Source of the DNA: Candidatus Woesebacteria bacterium
GTDB taxonomy: Bacteria; Patescibacteriota; Microgenomatia; UBA1406; HO2-37-13b
Assembly (NCBI GenBank): GCA_018062605.1
Contig: JAGORW010000001.1
Location: forward strand, 1-42,337
Direction of reading: 5' to 3'
DNA: 42,337 nucleotides
Shown here: positions 1 through 6,561 of the stretch, piece by piece
How the letters are laid out: every line of letters begins with the position of its first letter
How positions within the stretch are numbered: the stretch's first letter is position 1
Made by a program: the position numbers and the translations under genes
The notes under the pieces: generated by a model
What the model was told of the DNA's origin: nothing
Database searches by the model: none
The model's input: the letters and a program-made list of their open reading frames with translations, nothing else

Positions 1-2
1 AG

Positions 3-596
3 CTTGTCATTAAGGCTTCCCTATTCATCTCTGGAGTATCAAAACCAGATGATAGTTCGCAACTTGATGAGAAATCATATATTCTTGCTCCTGAGATATT
101 TGCACTTCCTGATGCAACTAATTCTGCACGCATTGTTCTCAATGGGCGAGGTACGGAAGAGACTGATGTACATATTTATGTAAATGATGAAAAAGTCGAC
201 AGTATTGCCCTCACATCCGAGGATTTCTCAACGGAAGTATCTTTGAAAAAAGGGGAAAATGAAATATATTTGGAATCTGAGGATGTAGAAAAAAAGCGTG
301 TGAAAACATCAAAAACATATAAAGTCTTATACTTAGCTGAGAAGCCAACCCTGAGCATTGAGTCACCGAAAGAAGGAGACACAGTCTCAACTTCAGAAAC
401 ATTTGTAAAGGGTACCACAGACCCTTCAGTCGCAATCCGTGTGAATGGAGGCCCTGCAGTTGTCGGCGTTGATGGATCATTCACGTATTCTGCTCGACTT
501 AAGGATGGTGATAATGAGATTAAAGTTGAAGCAACAGATATCGCTGGAAACCAAGAAGTCGTAACTTTGAAGGTGAGGTACGAGAAGGATGAATAG
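3..596 (+). CDS. Surface/secreted protein, C-terminal fragment (5' end outside window) with two tandem Ig-like beta-sandwich repeats
   Basis: Frame 3 is open from nt 3 to TAG at 594-596; the ORF track only starts at the first Met (243). Two similar ~70-aa repeats are present, of the type '..VNG..V...DGSF...V.L..G.N.I.V.A.D.AGN..' (IVLNGRGTEETDVHIYVNDEKV...LKKGENEIYLES and VAIRVNGGPAVVGVDGSFTYSARLKDGDNEIKVEATDIAGN). This pattern is typical of bacterial Ig-like surface domains. Confidence 0.5.
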   Translation, partial: LVIKASLFISGVSKPDDSSQLDEKSYILAPEIFALPDATNSARIVLNGRGTEETDVHIYVNDEKVDSIALTSEDFSTEVSLKKGENEIYLESEDVEKKRVKTSKTYKVLYLAEKPTLSIESPKEGDTVSTSETFVKGTTDPSVAIRVNGGPAVVGVDGSFTYSARLKDGDNEIKVEATDIAGNQEVVTLKVRYEKDE

Positions 597-606
597 ATAA
601 CTTCAG

Positions 607-1350
607 CTACTTGTTGTAGAGCAAGTACACCTTTGATCTCACCAAAAAAGCATGAAAACTCATCATGAATGAGTAAACAAACCCACGTGCTCCGTCAAGA
701 AAACCTCCGAGAATAAAAAATGTGTATATGAATTTCATGAAAGGTGGGAATATGACGTGCATTCCCCACACCCTCGCATCTTGCTTATATAATTCTTGCG
801 CTCTTTTTGTTGAGAAATCATTGACTGAATGAAGAAAATCAGCAATACCAGAATGGGAATAGTGAAGAAGTGGAGATGAGAGCTTTCCGATAGGTTCCTC
901 TGTAATGTAGATTTCATGCACTTTCCCTTTCCATGTGCCTGAATCTTTCTTTACAAGCCGAACAATACCTTTGAGTCGAGCTTCAAGAACTTCACCATAT
1001 CGAACTTCTTTTCCCCAAAAAACATCTACTCGTGGAATGGCATAAGCTGAATGTTTTTCGTGCTGAACACCTTCAAGAATCTCATTTTTTAGACGTGCAG
1101 ATACCCGTTCATCTGCATCAATATGTAGAATCCATTGATTCTTTGCGGCTTTCTGAGCAATTCTTCGAAGTACTGAAAAGCTGGCAGAAGAATCATGAAG
1201 GACGTGTGCTCCCAACTTTTTTGCTACTTCAGAAGTTTTATCTGTGGAGTCATTATCAACTACAAGTATCTCATCACAAAAAGAAAGCGTTGGAATAAGC
1301 TCTTTGAGATTCTTTTCCTCATTTTTAGCGAGAATGACTGCGGTTATCAT
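607..1350 (-). CDS. Glycosyltransferase family 2 (GT-A fold)
   Basis: N-terminus MITAVILAKNEE.., VVDNDSTDKT and DADE (DxD-like) motifs. 247 aa, ATG start. Confidence 0.8.
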   Translation of the reverse strand: MITAVILAKNEEKNLKELIPTLSFCDEILVVDNDSTDKTSEVAKKLGAHVLHDSSASFSVLRRIAQKAAKNQWILHIDADERVSARLKNEILEGVQHEKHSAYAIPRVDVFWGKEVRYGEVLEARLKGIVRLVKKDSGTWKGKVHEIYITEEPIGKLSSPLLHYSHSGIADFLHSVNDFSTKRAQELYKQDARVWGMHVIFPPFMKFIYTFFILGGFLDGARGFVYSFMMSFHAFLVRSKVYLLYNK

Positions 1351-1358
1351 AAGTACAA

Positions 1359-1435
1359 TGGTGGCTGTTGAGGGACTTGAACCCCCGACCTTTCGAATGT
1401 GAATCGAACGCTCTAGCCAGCTGAGCTAAACAGCC
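1359..1435 (-). tRNA. tRNA-Val (anticodon CAC), 3' CCA genomically encoded
   Basis: Hand-folded cloverleaf of GGCTGTTTAGCTCAGCTGGCTAGAGCGTTCGATTCACATTCGAAAGGTCGGGGGTTCAAGTCCCTCAACAGCCACCA. It has a 7-bp acceptor stem, D stem GCTC/GAGC, anticodon stem TTCGA/TCGAA with loop TTCACAT, T stem GGGGG/CCCTC, T loop TTCAAGT and discriminator A. Confidence 0.9.
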
Positions 1436-1444
1436 ATATTCTTT

Positions 1445-1453
1445 ATTATATCA
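1445..1453 (-). promoter_or_regulatory. Candidate extended -10 promoter (TGaTATAAT) for the tRNA-Val/GT2 unit
   Basis: On the minus strand, TGATATAAT ends 9 nt upstream of tRNA position +1. No good -35 element is visible. Confidence 0.4.
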
Positions 1454-1474
1454 CGCAATTAGCTTGAACTTCCC

Positions 1475-1504
1475 TTGTAATCGTATACTAACTTTTCGTA
1501 CAAT
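1475..1504 (+). promoter_or_regulatory. Candidate lepB promoter, leaderless geometry
   Basis: TTGTAA (1475-1480), 18-nt spacer, TACAAT (1499-1504), then 6 nt to ATG at 1511. No SD in the gap. Confidence 0.45.
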
Positions 1505-1510
1505 AGGGCA

Positions 1511-2071
1511 ATGGAGATACTGAAAAAAGTACTGGAATTCGTCATGGATATCCTCGAAACCGTGACCTTCGTCGGCTCACTTTTTATCGTTGTATACCTC
1601 TTTATTCTTCAGCCAAATGAAGTTCGTGGACAATCTATGGATGTCACGTTTAGAGATGGTGAATATATTTTAACAAGCAAGCTTTCCTACAAATTTGGCG
1701 AACCTATTCGAGGTGATGTCGTTGTTTTTAAATCTCCTGAAGATGAGGAAGTTGACTTTATTAAGCGCATTATTGGTGTTCCAGGCGATACAGTGATGAT
1801 TCAGTCGGGTGATGTCTATGTGAATGGGGAGAAGCTACCTGAAGACTATGCTCAGCATCCTTCTAATCCTATTGAGGGTGGATATTTGGTTGATGGACAA
1901 GAGATTTCTGTGCCAGAAGGCCAACTCTTTGTAATGGGAGATAACCGACCACGGTCATCGGATAGCAGAGCTTTTGGTCCAATTCCTATCCAAAGTATTA
2001 TTGGAAAAGTCTTTTTTAGATACTTCCCTGCCCCACGACTTGGAACAATCAAAAATCCGTATACGCAGTAA
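1511..2071 (+). CDS. lepB: Signal peptidase I (S26 family)
   Basis: N-terminal TM segment, catalytic Ser box GQSM, Lys box KRIIGVPGD, and C-terminal GDNRPRSSDSR box. Confidence 0.9.
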   Translation: MEILKKVLEFVMDILETVTFVGSLFIVVYLFILQPNEVRGQSMDVTFRDGEYILTSKLSYKFGEPIRGDVVVFKSPEDEEVDFIKRIIGVPGDTVMIQSGDVYVNGEKLPEDYAQHPSNPIEGGYLVDGQEISVPEGQLFVMGDNRPRSSDSRAFGPIPIQSIIGKVFFRYFPAPRLGTIKNPYTQ

Positions 2072-2614
2072 CTATTCTTTGAGCTTTGATGTGATTTTTT
2101 CAATAATTGGTGAGCTTTGAGTAAGTCCCCCATCCATCTCAATAATAATTTTTGCTCGAATGCGCGATTGGATTACCTTTACACGAAGATGTGGATCAAT
2201 AGCCTCTAAAGCAACCGTGAGATCAGTCTTTGTAGAGTCTTGAATGTGCTCACCATCAGAGGATATGTTATAGAGAACAGATCTCACTTGTTCTTCTAGT
2301 GCACTCGTTGAAAAGTTTTGCTGCAATACCATCTCATACATATTAATGATATCTGTTTCATTTTTTAGGCGAGCAATAATAAACAGATGGGTCGGCGTTA
2401 CAAGACCAGAATAGTAACCATCACGCACCAAATCAGGTAACTTCAGAATGCGAATAATGTTACAGACATACGAGGAAGAAAGTTTCAATTGACGAGCAAT
2501 TTCCTTGATGGGCACTTTATACTCATCAATCAAGATATGAAAGAGTTGAGCTTTGGCAAAAATATCATCCTCACGCTGAATTCGAGAAATATAGGCATCG
2601 AGATCTAAATCCAT
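2072..2614 (-). CDS. ParB/Spo0J-like HTH plus C-terminal domain protein lacking the N-terminal ParB/Srx (CTP-binding) domain
   Basis: The IKEIARQLKLSSSYVCNIIRILKLPDLV...G.L...H segment resembles the ParB HTH region (..LGKSRS.V.N.LRLLKLP..V). The C-terminal RVKVIQSRIRAKIIIEM resembles the ParB dimerisation end. The protein starts 20 nt from the upstream stop codon, so an N-terminal domain cannot be encoded. Confidence 0.55.
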   Translation of the reverse strand: MDLDLDAYISRIQREDDIFAKAQLFHILIDEYKVPIKEIARQLKLSSSYVCNIIRILKLPDLVRDGYYSGLVTPTHLFIIARLKNETDIINMYEMVLQQNFSTSALEEQVRSVLYNISSDGEHIQDSTKTDLTVALEAIDPHLRVKVIQSRIRAKIIIEMDGGLTQSSPIIEKITSKLKE

Positions 2615-2620
2615 ATTTCA

Positions 2621-2626
2621 ATTATA
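2621..2626 (-). promoter_or_regulatory. Candidate -10 box (TATAAT) 6 nt upstream of the ParB-like ATG
   Basis: Minus strand reads TATAAT-tgaaat-ATG(2614). No SD. Confidence 0.4.
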
Positions 2627-2633
2627 CCGCAAT

Positions 2634-4460
2634 TTAATTGTATCCCTCAGCTTGTGCTAAGAACATTCGAGCATAGGTACCTTTTTTCTTTAAAAGCTGT
2701 GTATGAGTCCCTTGCTCTGTCACTTTACCATCTTCCAATACAATGATCTTTTCTGCATTACGGACTGTTGAGAAGCGATGCGAGACCAATATGAGAGATT
2801 TATTATCTGCATAATGTTTTTCTAGATTAGTGAAAATCTCATATTCAGCTTCAGCATCAATGGCACTTGTCGGCTCATCAAGAATAAGAATCGGTGGCTG
2901 TTGATAAAATGCGCGCGCAATAGCCAACTTCTGCCATTGACCTCCCGATAGTTCCTCTCCATTTTCATATTCCCTTCCCAATGGTTGATCGTACTTTTGA
3001 GGAAGCTTCATGATGAAGTCGTGTGCGCCAGCTTTCTTTGCTGCGTTGATTATCTCCTTTTCTGAAGTAGTCGTGCGCGATCCTAATGTGATATTTTCTC
3101 TAATTGTTAGGTGATACCAGACAAATTCTTGAAAGAGAGTGCCCATGTAGGTATACCATGATTGGAGATTAACATCTTTAATGTTTACGCCATTGATAAG
3201 GATTTCACCTGCAGTTACATCATAAAATCTACAGAGAAGTTTAATAATAGTAGATTTCCCTGCACCATTATGTCCAACAAAAGCAACACTTTGCCCAGGT
3301 TCAATAACAAAAGAAACGTCGTGAAGTATCTTCTTGCCTTTTGAATAGGTAAAAGATACGTTTTTAAACTCAATTTTTGGAGGAGAATTTGAAACTATAT
3401 TGTGTGCATCAGGCTTGCTTACAATCTCTGGCCTCAATGCAAGAAGCTCAAAGTACTGATTCACATACAGGTTATTCTCATACAGCTCACTCACGTTATA
3501 CGCAGCACTAGCTGTGTTATGATTCAATTGGCTCGTCATAGTGAGAAGGAGCGAGAACGCACCAATAGTTATTACCTGAGATACTACATCTGGCAAGAAA
3601 ACGAGCGTTATGAAAAGTATGACAAGCGCTTCAAGCATTGGGGGCACTATCAACGTTTTCATGTACATATCAAGTGGCTTCTTATTCTTTTCAAAAATAA
3701 ATTCTTGAATTCCCTTAAACTTTGATAGAATCGTTTCTTGAGTTAATGCAATTTTCATCTCTCGAACAGCTACTTTATCTTGCAAGATCCAACTGAGATA
3801 CCATAACTTTTTTGATTCAGGAATATTTCCCTCCCAAGCAGACCATTGAATATTTCCAAACTTAGTACGAATATACAGTCGAGGTATCGTAACCACAGTA
3901 ATTATAAGTGGAATCCACCAGCCAAATTTGAGTACAACAATAAATGCTGATAGAAATGTCACAACATTAGAAAATAAATATGAGGAAGTTCGTATGAAAT
4001 CAGTGATCTTCCAGAGCATCATATCCTTAACTTTAGCAATAAGGTTTTGGGTATCCGAGCTCTCTATTTGCCCCATATCCAAACTCCCCACTGTTTTGTA
4101 GAAATCATATGAAATCTTGTTCTGAATTTTATAGCGGAAAATATGATCAAGATATGTACGAGCAAATGAGTTGTATACAATATCTTCCATCACATAGATC
4201 GTTGATCGAACAACAAGAGCAGCAACAACAATAACCGGAATTATGGCAAGCGGATCTCCCTGAGCAATCTGAATTTTATCAATCGCCATCGCAAGCAAAT
4301 AGCTTGTCACTACTGGAACCAATGCACCAACAAACGAGATACCATAGAAAAGTACGGTGTACTTTTTATCAAGGCCCCAAGCAATACGAATCAATCGCAC
4401 TGTATTAATGCATATTTGTTTGAATGTACCTACAATACTGAGCGGTGATATAGACGGCAT
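2634..4460 (-). CDS. ABC exporter, fused permease/ATPase (MsbA/multidrug-type half transporter)
   Basis: About six N-terminal TM helices. Walker A GHNGAGKST, signature LSGGQWQK, Walker B ILILDEPTSAID, H-loop SHR. Confidence 0.85.
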   Translation of the reverse strand: MPSISPLSIVGTFKQICINTVRLIRIAWGLDKKYTVLFYGISFVGALVPVVTSYLLAMAIDKIQIAQGDPLAIIPVIVVAALVVRSTIYVMEDIVYNSFARTYLDHIFRYKIQNKISYDFYKTVGSLDMGQIESSDTQNLIAKVKDMMLWKITDFIRTSSYLFSNVVTFLSAFIVVLKFGWWIPLIITVVTIPRLYIRTKFGNIQWSAWEGNIPESKKLWYLSWILQDKVAVREMKIALTQETILSKFKGIQEFIFEKNKKPLDMYMKTLIVPPMLEALVILFITLVFLPDVVSQVITIGAFSLLLTMTSQLNHNTASAAYNVSELYENNLYVNQYFELLALRPEIVSKPDAHNIVSNSPPKIEFKNVSFTYSKGKKILHDVSFVIEPGQSVAFVGHNGAGKSTIIKLLCRFYDVTAGEILINGVNIKDVNLQSWYTYMGTLFQEFVWYHLTIRENITLGSRTTTSEKEIINAAKKAGAHDFIMKLPQKYDQPLGREYENGEELSGGQWQKLAIARAFYQQPPILILDEPTSAIDAEAEYEIFTNLEKHYADNKSLILVSHRFSTVRNAEKIIVLEDGKVTEQGTHTQLLKKKGTYARMFLAQAEGYN

Positions 4461-4466
4461 AATGTC

Positions 4467-4472
4467 ATTATA
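4467..4472 (-). promoter_or_regulatory. Candidate -10 box (TATAAT) 6 nt upstream of the ABC exporter ATG
   Basis: Minus strand reads TATAAT-gacatt-ATG(4460). The -35 is weak. Confidence 0.4.
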
Positions 4473-4518
4473 GACTGATACTACGGGAAAAAGCTACTTG
4501 AGGAATGAGGAAGTCTTT

Positions 4519-4776
4519 TTAGACCTGAGAAGCTTCGATTGTGACAAGTTTTTTGCCTCTTCGAGTGATAAATTTCACAATTCCATCAATAGTTGCATGA
4601 ACTGTGAAATCTTTAGAAAGGTAGGTATTCGTACCAGCTGCAACAGTCATTCCTTTTTGGCGAATGATAATGTTACCAGCTTTAGCTTTTTGACCACCAT
4701 ACAACTTCACACCAAGTCGCTTGGAAACTGAATCCTTATTACCTTTTGCTGCTTTCTGGGACTTCGTATGGGCCAT
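4519..4776 (-). CDS. rpmA: 50S ribosomal protein L27
   Basis: MAHTKSQKAAKGNKDSVSKRLGVKLYGGQ..AGNIIIRQKG matches the canonical L27 N-terminus. There is no Prp-cleaved extension. Confidence 0.95.
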   Translation of the reverse strand: MAHTKSQKAAKGNKDSVSKRLGVKLYGGQKAKAGNIIIRQKGMTVAAGTNTYLSKDFTVHATIDGIVKFITRRGKKLVTIEASQV

Positions 4777-4780
4777 AGCT

Positions 4781-4820
4781 AGTTGAAACTAGTTTAAACT
4801 TATTGAAACTAGTTTATAGG
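4781..4820. repeat. 2 x 20-nt tandem repeat (AGTTGAAACTAGTTTAAACT / TATTGAAACTAGTTTATAGG)
   Basis: Read directly. It fills the rplU-rpmA spacer and overlaps the rplU stop codon. It contains the perfect palindromes AAACTAGTTT and GTTTAAAC. Confidence 0.8.
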
Positions 4821-5122
4821 GTTGTTATTTTAATTTTTGATAACATTGGTCGGAAACCGGTGACTTTTCTAAAACGAGTTTTAGATTTGTATCGTGCTAC
4901 TCTTATTTTATCACCTTTCATATTATCTAAAACAGTACCCTTAACTTTTGTTGCAAGTTCAGGAGTACCGAGTTCAATTGTGTTTTTTTCATCATCACCT
5001 TCAGCAAGTTTGACAAACTCAACTGTGCTTCCAGCTTCTTGATTGATATGATCAACAGTCAACTCAGTATTCTCTGAGACGACATATTGCTTTCCACCTG
5101 TTTGAATTACTGCGAATTTCAT
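4814..5122 (-). CDS. rplU: 50S ribosomal protein L21
   Basis: MKFAVIQTGGKQYVV is the canonical L21 N-terminus. I placed the start at the internal ATG 5122, not at the ORF-track start 5173, because a TTGTTA-17-TATAAT promoter lies inside the longer ORF. Confidence 0.9.
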   Translation of the reverse strand: MKFAVIQTGGKQYVVSENTELTVDHINQEAGSTVEFVKLAEGDDEKNTIELGTPELATKVKGTVLDNMKGDKIRVARYKSKTRFRKVTGFRPMLSKIKITTL

Positions 5123-5129
5123 AGTAGGT

Positions 5130-5158
5130 ATTATACGGAAAAAGGATTCATTTAACAA
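5130..5158 (-). promoter_or_regulatory. Candidate rplU promoter, leaderless geometry
   Basis: Minus strand reads TTGTTA (5158-5153), 17-nt spacer, TATAAT (5135-5130), then 7 nt to ATG 5122. Confidence 0.55.
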
Positions 5159-5455
5159 GCGAAAAGACGTCAAACTAATGCTTCGTCGACTGAGGGGACA
5201 TTTTCGGCTGGTGTCGAATTTAATATAGCCTTGTATATGCTAGTGAGTTCCATAAGTTGTCGATAGTATTCGGATGCTTCAGGATCTATATCTACCTCAA
5301 TAAGCTTACTGAGAACCTCAGTAGCTAGGTATATATTTAATGACATATCTCTTGCCCAAGGAGTCTTACCTCTCCATGTTCGACGAGTGTATGTAAAGGG
5401 TTCTCCAAGAGTGATCGTTCAGATATAAAAAACGATTCTATGCCTATATCCTCTT

Positions 5456-5515
5456 ATTTCAACTGATTTAAACCGATTTCAACTGATTTAAACCAATTTC
5501 AACTGATTTATACTT
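5456..5515. repeat. 3 x 20-nt tandem repeat (ATTTCAACTGATTTAAACCG x2, then ATTTCAACTGATTTATACTT)
   Basis: Read directly. The array abuts the rodA stop codon (5518-5520). Same family and orientation as the repeats at 4781 and 11019. Confidence 0.85.
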
Positions 5516-5517
5516 AC

Positions 5518-6555
5518 CTACAACCTACTTGCCATCCCTAACATAATCATGGTAGACAGAATTGATGATCCTCCATATGAGATAAACGGCAGTGCAATTC
5601 CTGTAACTGGCAAAAGTCCCATGTTCATACCCACATTCACCACTATTTCTGAAACCAAGATGACAAGTACTCCAATACCAAAAATGTACCGAAATGATGA
5701 GTCAGAGTGATTAAAGACCTTCCTAATTAATCTATACACCACAACAATATACAGTGATAATAATAATGCTGCACCAAAAAAGCCAAATTGCTCTGTCAGT
5801 GAAGCAAATGCAAAGTCTGTATGAAATTCAGGCAAAAATCTGAACCTAGCTTGTGTGCCAAGCCCCATTCCCTTTCCAAATAATCCCCCTGAACCAACGC
5901 TAATTATTGCTTGATTCAGGTTATAGGTAATTCCTTGAGGATCCAATGTTGGATCAAGAAACCCAAGAATGCGATTCTTCTGATAATCACGTAAGAAAAC
6001 CCAGCTGAAAGGCAAAATCATTGCACCAAGCGCTGCAAAACGCACAACGAGTCGTGTTGATAATCCAGAAAAGTAAAACATACACAGCCATGAGGCCAAA
6101 AACAACAATGCAGAACCGAGATCGGGCTGCTTCAAGACGAGCAAGAATGGTACAACAAAAAGCGCAATAACGATAAGGATTTTTCGTGGTGTAAACTTGT
6201 TTGCTGAGCTAAAAATCGCAGCAATAGTAATGAGGAATACTGGTTTAAAGAATTCTGAAACTTGAAACTGGAAAAAGCCAAAATCAATCCATCTGTGAGA
6301 TCCTCTAATTGGATCGAAGAATATATAGGTAGCAATAAGAAGAAAGATGAAAAATACATACATTATTTTGTAGTTTTGCTCGAGTAGACTAAGAGGTAGC
6401 TGTGAAGAAACAAAGTAGGCAATCCATCCCACGACAAGAAATATACTGTAATTAGTTATCAAATCAGGCCGAATACCAAGAATATTAAGAAATCCAAAGA
6501 TGCTGATACCTGCAAGTGCAAGTGTCATCCATAGATCTGGTTTTGATCTGAACAT
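5518..6555 (-). CDS. rodA: SEDS-family peptidoglycan glycosyltransferase (RodA-like)
   Basis: Polytopic membrane protein with QPDLGSA, QVSEFFK, EFHTDFAF and SYGGSS motifs. It lies outside the dcw cluster, where the second SEDS copy (ftsW) is found. Confidence 0.8.
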   Translation of the reverse strand: MFRSKPDLWMTLALAGISIFGFLNILGIRPDLITNYSIFLVVGWIAYFVSSQLPLSLLEQNYKIMYVFFIFLLIATYIFFDPIRGSHRWIDFGFFQFQVSEFFKPVFLITIAAIFSSANKFTPRKILIVIALFVVPFLLVLKQPDLGSALLFLASWLCMFYFSGLSTRLVVRFAALGAMILPFSWVFLRDYQKNRILGFLDPTLDPQGITYNLNQAIISVGSGGLFGKGMGLGTQARFRFLPEFHTDFAFASLTEQFGFFGAALLLSLYIVVVYRLIRKVFNHSDSSFRYIFGIGVLVILVSEIVVNVGMNMGLLPVTGIALPFISYGGSSILSTMIMLGMASRL

Positions 6556-6561
6556 GAAGCC

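Noticed and set aside
5123-5173. 17-aa N-terminal extension of L21 in the ORF track (119-aa version)
   Set aside because: The canonical L21 N-terminus MKFAVIQTGGKQY begins at ATG 5122. A TTGTTA-17-TATAAT promoter lies inside the proposed extension.
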